This document shows positions 12,467 through 25,889 of a stretch of 64,000 nt of DNA, one piece after another. This DNA comes from Curvularia clavata. Taxonomy: Eukaryota. Both the position numbers and the translations under genes were made by a program. The stretch covers positions 1,240,001 through 1,304,000 of the forward strand of contig CP089278.1 of the NCBI GenBank assembly GCA_023920165.1, in the 5' to 3' direction. The notes under the pieces are model-generated. The model made no database searches, had not been told where the DNA came from, and saw nothing but the letters and a program-made list of their open reading frames with translations. Each line of letters opens with the position of its first letter. Within the stretch, counting starts at the first letter, position 1.

Positions 12467-15015
12467 TTACCAGGCCTGACCAACAAGGGCCGTGAGGTCG
12501 CTATTCAGGTGTACCTCGTCCTCTCTCACAGGGCTAACGGCATCGCCGACCGCAATAGTGGGGTTCTGCGCAATGGGTGACGACACATCATTCCAGGGCA
12601 GATGGCATGTATGCTCTCCAAAGTAAACGCGGCCATCGAATCGGCGTGTTTTGGAAAGTGTTACGAACGGCTCTTGGTTTCTTTCAGCAGTTTGCTGGTC
12701 AATGCAAACCATTTGACACCTTCGACACGCTCCTAACATCTCAAAGTACTGCCGGCCAATCTGAAGGTAGCGCCAGTCGTCCTCCGCATACGGGTCCTCC
12801 AGCCCAGGCGGGTAGGCTGGGTTCTCCGCAACCACAATGTTGGCTCTGAACACTTCTGCTTGAGCCGCCTTACCGCCCTTTGCTTTGATTAACTCGTTCA
12901 AACGGTTGAGGCTTGATCGTGAGATAGTAAGAATAGGGCTCTCATTCGCCAGCAAAATAGGCTTCGAAACGCACGCGCCAGGCGTAACCGGATCCGTTTC
13001 TGGGAAAGCGCCGGGCACTCGCATAGCGCCCGTCTTCTGATACTTCTGGAGATGCGCTTTCGAATGTCTCGATACGCCGTTGCCATTGTTGACAGCGGGG
13101 AAACGCGCTAGATGGCAAGGCACTCCGAGAGCTTGTGTAAAGAAGGCTGATATGTCGCTCGACCTGTACGTCTTGGCTTGGATGGCGTCTCCGCAAACTT
13201 TGGCATTGGCGTCTCTGTACGTGGTTTCTTCTGTAAACAGCCGTGGATCTGCTGAAAGAGGAACGGTGATCTCGTGCTGAGGAGCCACGTCTTGTAACGC
13301 ACTCGCTAGACTTACTCGTAGCAAGCCTTTTTCAAGGTCAATGCTTGGGCGCATGAGAGCCATCTTTGGGTAGCGCTTTTGGCTCAGTGCTGCTCCCGTT
13401 CCCTGGTGGACAAGACACCATTCACGATCCCATGCAAGGCCCTCTGGGCGTACCTCCCACGGAGTACCCGGCGGTACGCTGAACCCTGCACAGCTTTTTA
13501 TAGGGTAGACGCAGAGACTCTCCACATGTAGGCGACTTTGCGTTGGTGGCTCAATATCAGCAATCATCATTGGAGGTGCCTCCAACTTAGGGCTGTCTTC
13601 AACGAAAAACTCGTGCAAGAAGGCAACAAAACGCTCTACGTCTGATAGGGTACTCATAGCCCCGAAACTGACACGTATGATGCCAGTTGGTTTTGCGCGA
13701 ATGATGTCGTTATCGTTACCACACCGCTGTCCAGCCGAGAAGTTTTCACGCATTTCCCATGGTGCCAATCCCAGCGACGATGCAACGCCACCAGGGTTGC
13801 AAAGTCCTCCAGTTCGAAGTTGAATATTCTTGATTGCTGCTAGTTTCTCCACCTCTGCGTTGCTAACCCAGCCACCATGTTGGTTTTGAAGATTGAAGGC
13901 AACAACTGGACCTTGAGTAAGCGAGTCCCCATACGTGGAATTCGGGTCCTTGTAGACGTGGCAGACCTTACGGCCATTACTGTGCCGTAATGATGAGAGT
14001 CCTTGGTGTAACCTTGAGGCAAGAAACGTGGTGTGCCTTGAGATTCTCTCCAATGATGTGTAGAGTTCCTCGTGAATGGTCATTGCGCTGTCAAGCGCCA
14101 TAATACTATGTATGGGCAGAGTGCCGTCCTCTAACCTTTCGTGCAGTGAGTCTGCCTTTTTTGCATGCCACTGCTCCTCGAGGCACACAACCATGTCGAC
14201 AGTGCCACCACCAAAATAGCGCCGCTTGTCAAATATTGATGCTGATGCTTGCCTGACGATCAATGCGCCAAGATCGGGAAACCCGAATATCTTGTACAGG
14301 CTCAGGACTGTGAAGTCGGGTGCCTCATCAGAATTCCCGAGATCAAGCGGCGATGTGGAAACCAACGCGGCAGCGTCTAGCAGGGTATATACGGCGTTTG
14401 TTTTGTTGGCACGAATACGGCGTGACCAACACAGCGGAAGGCGGCGTCCGTTCATGTTGGATTGTGCTGGGTATGCGAATAGCTGTGCAGAGCCACACTC
14501 GTTTTCGTCGTTGTCGATCCATGCATTGACATCGTCATCTGAGGCGAAGCACCTGTGCTTGGTTGCACCCTCGCGTACGCCTATCAAGCTCGTATGCGCA
14601 TCACGATGGTAGCCATACCAGAATCCTTCGTCTTGATCGCGAAATGCCTCCATAACCAATTTAATCCCGGCGGTGGCGTTGGCGACAAAGACCACGTCAA
14701 ACTCTTGTGGGTCGGCGTTGAACATTTGCAAGAGGCGTAGCCGTACATCTTCGATTCGGCGTGTGGTAAGTTGGGAGGCGTTGGAGGCGGAGTGTGGATT
14801 GCCGTATAGGTTGACCATCATGTCAGCAGAGAAGCGCTCGATCAGCGATTTGGAGTAGAGCGTAGTTCCTGCATGGTCTAGGTAGGTTGTATCTGTTGAG
14901 CGTGAGCAGCTTATCCTCAAATCATCGGGCTACACCCACCCTGCAACATAGGATACTCTCTGGCACGGAGTTCTTCGATCGCATTGTTGTAACTGATGCA
15001 GTTTTTGTCGTCCAT
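12467..15015 (-). CDS. hxB: Molybdenum cofactor sulfurase (NifS-like PLP domain + MOSC domain), 2 exons
   Basis: Exon 1 MDDKNCISYNNAIEELRAREYPMLQ splices to DTTYLDHAGTT. Motifs GNPHS, SLYKIFGFPDLGALIV (PLP Lys), RTGGLCNPG (Cys), VYPIKSC, DREWCLV, CRRCQMVC. Confidence 0.95.
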
Positions 15016-15641
15016 AGTGCCTGGTAGGTCTGGCGGCATGCGGCAGAAAGCCCTGTTCATCCGTAGCCACTTGAACAAGGAGAAGGAGGAGCAGAGTTTG
15101 CAAAGAAACCCATTTGTTCGTAGCTGAGCACGCTGTTCGCAAGAGTGGGGGAGACGCGAAGGCGAATCGCGGAGTCTTGACCTGTGGGCCTAAGTAGCGG
15201 CCGGTTCCGAACGCTCGGAATCAGCCATCGTATTCGTGCATGGTACGCTAAAACTCCACACGCCCGGTACCTTGATAAGACATACAGCTTTGACATACAG
15301 GAAGTCGAACGCATGAACTTCAACATTACCAGGATATCGTGCCAAATCGTGAAGTTCTTCTCTATTCTTTCCAAGTCTAATCTATCAGGGGACAATCCCC
15401 ATGTCTAAGTACACGCGATAAAGTCATGTCAAAGAGATGTCGGCCGTACTTTTCGGTTCTAAATCTGTAAGAAAGCAGTATCCTTGTCATTTCCCATGAC
15501 CCTGAATCCTTTACGGCGCTCTTTTTATCCCAACAAGAGCAAGATACTCATGCCAATCTGACCCCCTACAAACGAAGTCTTCTGGCTTTTCTATGAGAAT
15601 TTAGGTTTGGTATCAAGGTTGCGGTAGATGCGTTCAGATGC

Positions 15642-16232
15642 TCATAGCTGCTTCTCCTCCCTAGCTTTCTTCTCAGCAGCTATGGTTGCCTTCGCCGTTC
15701 TCTCCTCTCTCAATGTAGAGTACACCCAAAGCCAGATGCCGATCTCAATGAAACCCCAAGTGAAGATGATGCTGTTGTTCAAGCTCGCACCTGCACTTGC
15801 TCTGAAGTCGACACCCGTTGCTCCAAACAGGCCGCCTTCCTTGAATGCGTATGTATAACCGGTCAGACCAAAGAGGAAAAGTAGGCGTACGGGTGCTTGG
15901 AGACCCCAGTACTCGTCTGAAATTTGTTCGTGAAGCGAAAGAGATGTCAGATCGCTGATGCCGATAAAGGCGAAGAGGACAGCCAAGAAGGCTGTTGCCG
16001 CGGAGGGTTTACTGAAGTCGTGTGGCACGGGCTGTAATCTATTAGCCTTCATTGAACGGTTGAATGTGGCATTCTTTGATGGCCGAACACGTACAAGTTG
16101 CATTGATTGTCCAAGCACGAGGACGATGCCTTGGTTCGCGATCAGAGCGGGATTCTTGAGCAAGGCGACTGCAAGGGTAAGATGGAACAGCGATAAGCTG
16201 CGTATCATGGTGTTTGCTGATATTATCGCCAT
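15642..16232 (-). CDS. ILM1: Ilm1 family membrane protein (increased loss of mitochondrial DNA), 2 exons
   Basis: MAIISANTMIRSLSLFHLTLA..ISDL..YWGLQAPVRLLFLF..LNNSIIFTWGFIE..WVYSTLREER. Intron 16032-16094. Confidence 0.85.
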   Translation of the reverse strand: MAIISANTMIRSLSLFHLTLAVALLKNPALIANQGIVLVLGQSMQLVRVRPSKNATFNRSMKANRLQPVPHDFSKPSAATAFLAVLFAFIGISDLTSLSLHEQISDEYWGLQAPVRLLFLFGLTGYTYAFKEGGLFGATGVDFRASAGASLNNSIIFTWGFIEIGIWLWVYSTLREERTAKATIAAEKKAREEKQL

Positions 16233-16448
16233 TTTGAAAGATGCAGCTCTGTAATTGAGACAACTATGGGCAGGCAATGGACAATGTCGTTGCAACAATC
16301 GGTGTGCAGTCCTTCGCGTCCCATGTCGTCTCGGACAACACTCGCTAAACTCCGACCGCTGCCAAGCCCGACATGGTACCTGGAAGATAACGCGCTCGGA
16401 GTCTCATGCTGGACTTGATTTCTCTTTTGCGCACTCCTCACAGTGAAT

Positions 16449-17942
16449 ATGGGGAAGCAGGATGATTCTGTGGCCAGTGCCACAACCCATCGTAATATCA
16501 CCAAGAGACGGCGCGTATGCAGCTTAGACAGCATCACCGTCTCTGCAGCGCTCTTGCTCATCACCTTTATACTGCTATGGTCCGCAGACATCCGGGGTCT
16601 ACTCTGGTCACCCCATAATCACACGTGCCGAAAGAACCTGACGGTCGAAGAAAGAGCCGTCAGGATACTCAAGGAGAATCCACTTATCGGTCAGTATCAC
16701 CAATCACTACTAGTATTTTCGCACATCCTGACGTTGCGGAGATGGCCATAATGACCTGATGATCTTCATTCGAAGTAAATATCAGAACCATATCTATAAC
16801 GAATCTGGAAACGACTTTGCGCAGAAATTCGAGAATGGAGGGCTCGCACAGCACACTGATATTCCGCGCCTGCAAAAAGGAATGCAGAGTGGCGCATTTT
16901 GGAGTGCTTTCTGGCCTTGTCCCTTGGGCGATGGCACCAACTTCTCCGACACGAGATATTCTCACAGTAAGTCAGAACACTTGCCTTTCTGCTCGCTTTG
17001 ATACTGATCATATCAGTTGTTAAATCTACACTTGGCCAACTTGATCTCTTCAACCGCCTAGGTCAGAATTACCCCAAGTACTTCACGCCATCAAGCAACA
17101 GTGCGGAAGCCATCAAAGCATTTGAAAAGGGTAGCTTCATTGCTCCTGTCATCATAGAGGGCTTGCATCAAATCGGAAACTCTATTTCCACGCTCCGTCT
17201 GTACCATCAGCTGGGAGTACGCTACGCGACACTGACCTGGAATTGCCATAACAAGTACGCCGATGCCGCAGTGGAGACTGCCTCTGATTGGACTTCCCAT
17301 ATCGCTAAGCCATACTGGAAAGGACTGAGCCCAGCGGGTCGAGATCTGGTCAAGGAAATGAATCGACTAGGTATGCTAGTCGATCTGGCGCATGTGAGTC
17401 AAGACACAATGCGCGACGTCCTCGTAGGCAACGGTTCCTCTCAATGGAACGGCAGTATTGCACCTCCCATCTTCAGCCACAGCTCAGCTTATGCAATTTG
17501 CCCTCACCCACGTAACGTACCCGACGACATACTCCAGCTGGTTAAGCAGCGCAACTCTATCGTCATGGTCAACTTCAACCCGGAATTCATATCCTGCAAA
17601 CCATCTCAAACACCCGATGCCTTCCCAGAATATGTTCCAGAAAATAATACTCTGGCGCAGGTAGTAAGACATATCAGACACATAGGAGAGCTAATTGGAT
17701 ACGACCATGTTGGTCTTGGCTCAGATTATGATGGCATTGAGGATACGCCAACGGGTCTCGAGGATGTATCCAAATTCCCTGACCTTATCGCGGAGTTGTT
17801 GAGGCAGGGTGTCAGTGATGAAGATGCTGCAAAAATTGCGGGGCGCAATTTGCTCAGAGTATGGAGTGAAGCAGACGAGGTTGCAAGCAAGCTGCAGAAA
17901 ACCATGTTGCCCTTGGAAGATGATTTGGATGCTTTGTTTTGA
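16449..17942 (+). CDS. Membrane dipeptidase (peptidase M19, renal dipeptidase family) with an N-terminal TM anchor, 3 exons
   Basis: Motifs PLIDGHNDL (spliced), IEGLHQI, LGVRYATLTWNCHN, EMNRLGMLVDLAHVS, FSHSS, HPRNVPDD, HVGLGSDYDG. Confidence 0.92.
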
Positions 17943-18449
17943 GCCTAAAATCCACAAGGGACTGTAGGCGCCAATGCACCTGGCGGATATATCGGATATA
18001 GATATAAAAAGCACGTAGGTACAAAGTTTCAACCTGGCTACGCTATCCCAAACTATTCTATTTGAACCCCAGCTCTCACAACAACGTCGTTTGTGCTTGA
18101 AAGAGTCTAATTGCTTTTTGCGGAATATTTGGTTGATGTGACATCAAACGAGCAGGATCAGTGGCTGAGCTTGTCCTGCAAGGACAGCATCACCCCACAT
18201 TCTGAGTGCCTAGCTCTTGGCAATCCGGTACCACATGCAAGGGCAAGAGCTCACAGCTGGGAAGTATATAGCTTCCAGATGTCTTCAATTGCTTTGTTTC
18301 TCTTCCTCTCTCTTCTTCTCTCATACCTTTCCTTGAAGCAACAACCCTAGTTCACTCTACAACAATCCACACCCTCAACTCAATCAGTTCCATCAAACAA
18401 GCAACCACAACTACATCACCTACCAGGACTTAGTAAAAAACACAAAACA

Positions 18450-19599
18450 ATGACTCAGCCCAAGCTCAAGACCACAATCGCCATCCTCGGCTGCGGTGAT
18501 GTAGGCTCCACCCTAGCCTACACCCTAGTTCTCCAACCGATTTGCTCCGAAGTGATCATTGTAGATCCGAAGACAGCCCTCCTTGAAGCTCAAGTCCGCG
18601 ACCTATCTGATGCCACCTACCGAGGCGGCAGCGGTGTTCGCGTCCGCGCTGGAACGCACGCCGACGCAGGCCAAGCCGACATTGTAGTCATCACAGCCGG
18701 CGCGAAGCAAAAGCCCGGAGAATCGCGTCTATCACTGCTCAGCCGCAACCTGCATATCCTAGAAAGCATCTTCTCTTCCATGGCGCCAATCAATCCGCAC
18801 ACGATCCTCCTGCTCGTTGCCAATCCAGTAGACATCCTAACGTATTTTGCGCGCAAGTTGAGTGGTTTGCCAGAGTGCCAGGTGCTGGGGACGGGGACGA
18901 GTCTGGATTCAGCGAGGTTGAGAGGTATTCTGGCTCAGAAAGCAGATGTTGCGCCGAATAGTATCGATGCATATGTTCTTGGGGAGCATGGGGATAGTCA
19001 GTTTGTAGGTTTTCTGCTTTTTCTTCACTTTCGCTCTCATCTTCCAAAATTACCATTCAGACATTCAAGGAATACCTCCTGGAATTGAAAAGACACGATT
19101 TCAGACAAAAAATACACCAACACATTAACATGCACAAAGGCCATTCACTAACATTTTCCAGATCGCCTGGTCTTCCGCCACAATCGGCACCACGCCCCTC
19201 TCCCTTGCGCTGCCCTCCTCAACTCTAACCTCAGAGTTCAAAGCTAGCATCGCCGAGCACACGCGCGGCGCGGCAGGCGCCATCATCGCCGCAAAAGGAT
19301 GCACTGCCTTCGGCATCGGCAACATTGCAGCTAGTATCTGCAAGTACATCTTATTCGACTCGCGTTCCGTTCGCCCGCTTTCTTTCTACCAACCGGAGCT
19401 AGGCTGCTGTCTCAGTATGCCAGCGATCGTAGGGAGAAAGGGCATTGTGAGGCCGATGCCCATTCAGCTGGATGCCGAGGAGCAAGCGCAGTTGGAGGCT
19501 TGTGCCAAGGGCCTGAGAGGTGTGATTGAAGGGGCCGAGAAGGAGTTGAGTGCAGATAGGATGCTGGAGAAGGCACTGGAGGCGGATAAGGGGGCTTGA
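18450..19599 (+). CDS. ldh: L-lactate dehydrogenase, 2 exons (intron 19005-19161)
   Basis: Rossmann motif GCGDVG. TAGAKQKPGESRL has Gln at the specificity position (LDH rather than MDH). Also VANPVD, GTSLDSARL, GEHGDS. Confidence 0.92.
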
Positions 19600-19713
19600 G
19601 GAAAACATTCATTGTTCGGTTTTCAGTCTAAAAAAGGTTCTTCTAGTCGTTGTTATGTGGTAGGGGAAGCTTTATATGCCAGTGTATCAGCAGCACCTTT
19701 CTAAAACAAACCA

Positions 19714-22700
19714 CTACATCCCCAGATATCCCCTAAGCTTCTCCAGCACCCCCGCAACAACCTTCTCGTTCTTCCCCTCCTGTCTCTTACTCTCCCTCGT
19801 CGCTACCTTTTCCAACTGCTTTGCGACATCCTTGTTCTCGTCACTCATCCAATACGCCTCAGCACGCTCTACAAATCGGACAAACGCCTCAAGCACAACC
19901 TCTTTACCCTCCCAACTCTTTCCGCTAAGTGCTTTATCCAACACAGGCCAGATGCTCTTCGCAGTCACAGGCTCAATCTTCTCGCTACCTACAGCGTTGG
20001 TGATTTGCAGCACGCAATCCGCCACCGTTTTTGCAGCTGTGTGCTTAATGGCCCACTGTCTGCTCTCAAGATGCATGTCGGAGAGAGCGAGAATTTCCTT
20101 TAGATAGAGGGATACGGCGCGTGGACCGGCGACATGGTCGTCCCAGGTTTCACTGAAGCTCTTACGAACTTGTTCTTCGGAATCGTGTTTGGCTAGGAAA
20201 ATAAAAGGGAGGAACTCGGCAGCGAAAGAGTTGAAGCGATCCGTTGCATGTGAGCTAATTGCCCGCATAATGTCTGCGGCTAGTAGACGGTTTCTATCGC
20301 TGTTTTCTTCCGACTCGAAGTAGAGTTTGTTGACGAATGCAAAGGTGGAGAGGATCTGTTTGTCAGATGCTAGTCGCGCGAGGTAGCCGGCTGCCGCTGC
20401 ATACGAGGAGCTAACTGTCTCGTTGCGATCGTGGATTTGCTTTTGGATCAACTTTAGGAAACCGTCGGCGTAGGGATTGAATAAGAAACGGTGACGTGTA
20501 GAGAGCGTGACAAGGACACGCGAACAGCCTACTTTGGAGGGTAGACCGACTGCGTTCTTCATTGCAGCTTCAATGCGTGGGACCAGTGCAGCCATGGTGT
20601 CAGCATCTGCGAGGTCTAAACAGCGCTCCACAGACTCTGTCAATGGAGACTGACGCACGCTTGCGAGACGCATATCGTCAATCTTTTGCTCAGTGAGATT
20701 GTATTTACTGGCGTTGAGATGGACGTAGTTGACTGCTTCCGGTTCCAAACTGCTGAGCAGGCCAAGCAAGCGCTCAACTAGCTGGGGAACATGTGGATTG
20801 AGTGTCTTTGCATTACTCTTCTTGACGATCTGGAGAAGAGTGTGCACGGAAAAGAGTCGAACCTCTTCGGCCGACGACTCCAGTCCGGAGGTAGAAAAGA
20901 GGAACGGTATGACACGCTCAAGCTGGACAGTCGCAGACTTCAACGAGGCATCACCAGCCTCCAAAGACCGGGTCAATATGCCTGTGAGGACACGGGCGAG
21001 AGACGCTGCCGCAACACGGACCGTCTCTTTGATATCATCCAAAACTTTGAAGGTCTTTTCCCAGATAGCATCCAGGTACTTCTCATACTAAATGGAACCG
21101 TTAATTTAGTCATTACAAGAAGTGCACTTTCTCACCTTGTCGATGCTACGTCCTTGAACAAGATCTGCAATGGCTGCACAGGATGCCTGGCGAACTCGCC
21201 ACTCCTTCGTGAGGATGCTGACAAGAAGGTCATCCATGATGGCATCAAAATGCTTGTCTATTGTTGCAGAAGAGTCTTTGACAAGGGCGTTCCAGATATC
21301 GTTCATTGAGCGCTGCACATTAGGGTTCGGGTCGAATCTGAAGCTTGGTCAATATCATTCGGACACGAACAACCATGGATTCTCGTACCTGTACCGATAG
21401 AGCTTGGGATAGAGCTTGGGATTCTGTGCGAGGTATCCGTCGACACTAGAGTCTGAGAAGATGTTGCTTAATCCAAATCGGCCAAAGGCAGCTCTGCTGG
21501 ACCAAATCGAATTGTGCGAGGCCATGGACATGAAGCGGTAAACCAAACTGGAATCACCGACTTCGGCTGCCAAGTTTAGGATGTCCTTGTATGTAGTGAT
21601 CGAACCGTCGCCAGTAGGTAACGCGCCGGGTTCGAAGAGTTGCGTATCATCCGTGACCGTACCGGCCATCTTGGACTTGTTATCCGAAAATGAGCCAACT
21701 AAATCACGAACAAGATCATCCTTGAGCTGCCGGTCTCCCTTTTCATAGACAAGGCCAAGTCCTCGTGAAGCTGCCTCTTGCACGACTTCGTCACGATCAG
21801 AAAGACAACTCTTGAACGCCACCTGACACTGACCCAGATAACCTTGCATCTCAGGCTTATGGCCACAGTATTGTAACAGACACAGCAGCCATATCACAGA
21901 AGCCTTCTTCAATGAAGGCTTTGTCTGCACACAACCCTTCAGAGTCTTTTCTAGTACCTTGCCAAGTGTCTTTTCGCGTTTCGGCCCAGATGGGGTTTTG
22001 AGAGGTGCATCCCAGGGCTCTAGTGGTTGGTTCGGATGCAAGACATCTAGCTCAGCAGTCAAAGCTTTCGACTCCCAGCCACTTGCAAAACAGCTCAATG
22101 CCTCGCCGACCGAAAAGTGTACTTCTGGCTGTCGCACTTCATGGAGTTCATACAGCTTATCCTGTATAGTCTTATAGTCGGGTGCATCATCAGAGCCAGA
22201 CTCAGCTTCCTCGGTGATCATAGAAAGATGTCCCAGTGCTAATATTGCAGTTGTCGTGCCCGTCTTCGCAGAATCATAGATCTGCTGTGCAATGTCTTCG
22301 ACTTTGGCATACTTGGATAGCAGCGAGGGCGTGATCACATAAAAGAGACTGAGCTGATCAATGCAAGAAAAGGCAGCATTCTTCAACGTCGCGTCCCGAG
22401 ACTCTTTCATGATGGCTACGAGGGAGCGCATCAGCGAGTGAAGCGGATGGCCATCTGTAATGGCGAGACTGCCCCTCCAGAAAGCTCTACTGTAATAGTA
22501 ACCAAGTGCAAGGATAATACCACTGATTTGATTGATATCAGCGCCGACTGCTGTCTTCCAAGTTTCCAGCCTTTCAAAGAAGGCAGCTTGGTCGTTTTGT
22601 AGTGCATTTTGATTAATGCTCTCATGTGATGCTAACAGGCCATAGGCGTGAGCAGCAGCAAGGCGCCGAGCGGGGTTGTTGGATAAGATGGATCGCTGCA

Positions 22701-25020
22701 AGTCGCGGAAGTCCTGAACAACCTTTGCCTGTACCCAGTGGCGCTGTGGGAGCAAAGACAGTATTCTCGCCAAGGTCGTGCCAATATCGCCAATGTCGGT
22801 AGAATCGTCTCGTGTAAGCCTGTCAAAACTGGCGCGTAATATCACCGCCAATGAGCGAGCATGGGAGTCGTTTGCAGCGTATGCACGGAACGCTTGCCGA
22901 GCACGCATATCAGTAGTCATCTGTGTATCAAGCTTCCTTTCCCAATCCTCCGGGATTTCCTGGTCCATATCTTTCTCGACCAAAGCAGATTGCATGGCGA
23001 CGCTCGAGCAGAAACTGATGACAGCCGGCAGAGCGCCTGGGAATTGTTGATAGAAATACCGCACCTGCACAAGAACATCTTCAGAAGGGTCGATATCCAT
23101 AGCGTCGACATCCTGCCCTTGCTGGACGATGATAAAGTTGACTAGTTTATCAAAGTCTGGAAAAGCCAGCTTGGTTTGCTCACGCTCACCGGGTGGTGTA
23201 TTCGACATCCTGAACCAGTAAGGATCAAGGCCTCGCCGGCCCTCCTCTATCAACTCGTGTCGATCGCCCGGACCTCCACTGACAGCGAGAATGTCTATCC
23301 ACCGCGCAAGCACGTCTTCATATGGAAGGCAGCGATTTGCGAAACGCGTAGCAACATAGCGAGTACTCCTCGTGAACCTGTCCGAGGCTGGCGTATTATC
23401 CTGATCGACGGTGGCATATCGAAGCAATATTTGCCTGAACCTAGGCATAATTGCATCATCGAATGGTTTGGAGAACGCTCCTAGCACGGAAGAAAGGGCT
23501 TCTTCTATACTGACTGCCACATCTTTGCCGGCCGAGTCTTCACGCAATGATCGGAAAAGGAATTCCAGAAGATCGAGTGATGGCTCCAATAGTATCTTTT
23601 CGGGGGCAGCTTTGGCCAAAAGTCCAATGGTTTCATATCCGTAACCTCGCAGTTCCATATCTTGGTCACGATCTGGGACTGGCCAGCCTTGGTCTTGAAT
23701 GAAAGCCCTCAGGTTTCCGACAAGACTTTGAGCAACTTGGGACAGGTCAGACGCTGCTCCACGTCGGGCGACGAAGTTCACAAGGGAAAAGATGGCTGAG
23801 CGAAACTTTGAAGCCTCCCTTCCAGCTGCCTTATTGGTTGCGTTTAGTTCGGGAGAGAGGAGGCCTTCCTCGACAATCCTTGCTATTTGGCGTGGATATG
23901 CTGTGCATTTGACAGATTTGGAGAGTACAGTCAATATTTTGATCCGTAGCGGCGTCTTTACTGGGAGTGGCCCACCAGCCGAGCTAGAGCCGAAATAGAA
24001 TTCAAATAAACTCTCTACGAGTTCCGATTGCTCAAGATCTTTGGATAGCATGACACGCTTCAGTGTGTCTTCACCGACCTCTGATATTCGGGAGTTTGTG
24101 TCCGCAGATGCGAACAGGGCGGGGAAAAACTTCTCGTCGTCTTTGAACAAACCACTCGCCATGAGCCGGGTAACCAGAGCTTTTGATTCAGCCAAGTTTA
24201 GGCCAGCATCTGCGCTAGGATCCCAAGCATCTGGCTTTCCTTGAAGGGTAAGGAACTTGTACTCTTCGGAAGACAGCCCAGGACATTGCAGAGACGCCGT
24301 GTCTTGTGTGCTACTTGCTCGCACAATGGTCAATAGAAGCAACTTTCCAAACCACTTTGAAAGAAAGGCTGCATCGCTGTCTGACAGACCCAAGGTTGTC
24401 CTAAGCTCATCGTCTTCTTTGCTCCCTCGAAGCGGCAACTTGAACAGAACCAAAAGACGGAGGATTAGGTGGAACAGCTGAGATGCATGCTGTTCTGATT
24501 TTTCATAGTCGTTGGCGATACCTTGAAGAAGTATGGGGAGAAGTTCTAGCCGTTCAGCTACAGTAAGACGTGAGATGCCTTGCTGGATATATAGAATGTC
24601 GAAATGCCGGATGAGAGCAACATGAGCATTGTCTTTGTACTGCTTCAGAAGCGCACTCACTGGGAGTTTGATGTCTCTTTCAGGCTATGTTAGCTGGTGC
24701 GTCAAAGTGATGTTAACAGATAGGAGGACCGTACTGAGACTTGATGCGCGTGTTGATGTGCTGGCAGATGGAAATGACCTAGGAAATCCGCTATCAGCGG
24801 TGGGCAAGAGAAGGCAGAGGCCACAGCATGTGGCCTCGATCTCAAGTCTTACCTTGTTTCGCACAGCGGCGCTATCTGAGCCGAGCTTGAGTAGCAATGG
24901 GGCAAGATAGGTCTTGAGCAAATCTTGGAGTTTCTGGTCTGAGCTGGCAAGCGCTATCCGCATCTCGACCTTGCCGACTAGCGAAAGCTCTTTGGCTTCT
25001 GGAGACAGTTCTGTCGCCAT
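19714..25020 (-). CDS. ECM29: Proteasome adaptor/scaffold Ecm29 (HEAT repeats), multi-exon
   Basis: N-terminus ELSLVGKVEMRIALA..LKTYLAPLLLKL. Also TTYKDILNLAAEVGDSSLVYRFMSMA, SSRAAFGRFGL, PKLYRYRFDPN, KEWRVRQASCAAIADL. About 1,700 aa across four short introns. Confidence 0.95.
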
Positions 25021-25889
25021 GTTGAAAAATCGGGTAGTGTATGATAGTGGTGATGCAGACGGAGATGGAAGCACAGAGCAGTTTTGGCGAACAAACGATG
25101 GCTCTGATTATAATAGCAAGCACGGCAGGCAGATATGGAGGACGTGTCCCATTAGCTGACGAGATAGACGGATGACCAGAGGCGGCGAGGCCCGGAGGCG
25201 CGTAGTGTAGTGGCCCTGGCTAGAAGGGCGTTTCTGGAGCCTCTTTGGCCACATGTCGCGTGTCGGACATTCACCTGAGAGGCGACAGGGATTCGGCCGC
25301 ACGGGTCCCCGAATGACGCAGTCGCCGCTGCCTGCGCATTCTCTCCCCTTCGGAACTGAACTGAACCACCACGTCGCGTCTTCGACGTGATTCCGCCACC
25401 GTCGACGTCTCCTGCACTCAATCCTCCGCCTACAAACCCACCAGCAACAGTACTTCGCCTCTCTCGCCCCCACCGTGCACCAGCGCCCCTCCCCCGCGGT
25501 GCTCCCGTGTGCCAGAGCAGCCAAACAAAGCGAGCTTGTGCCTGCGTTGTACATTCACCGCCACCGAGCCTCATCTTCACCCGGCTCCTGCATCGTCGCC
25601 CTTCTGGGTGCGCAGAGGATCCAATCGTTGTTCGTCGAGGGTTTCATGGGTACATGAATTGCCCCACCACTGGTCGACTTCCACCGCAATCGCAACCGCC
25701 ACACAGAATTCTTAATCCACCGCACCCTGCAGAACTGCTCCCCTTGACCCGAGCCAACTCCTCGGAATAGCTCTCCGTAATCACAACGTCTTTCGCTCTC
25801 TGCGCTGCAAGCTCAAGCACACCGCCCTTCGACCAGCACTTCGCATCACACATCTTCACCGACGAGCGAAACGCGAACACGCGCCCAAG

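Noticed and set aside
15016..15641. UaY site (TCGG-N6-CCGA) upstream of hxB
   Set aside because: Only an oppositely oriented CCGA-N4-TCGG arrangement was seen, with no consensus match.
16449..17942. Dipeptidase as a GliJ-like marker of an epipolythiodioxopiperazine cluster
   Set aside because: No NRPS, GST or thioredoxin reductase nearby. It has a TM anchor and housekeeping neighbours.
19597..19662. Stop-codon readthrough giving a peroxisomal LDH isoform
   Set aside because: The context is TGA-GGA, not TGA-CTA, and the extension ends in VMW with no PTS1.
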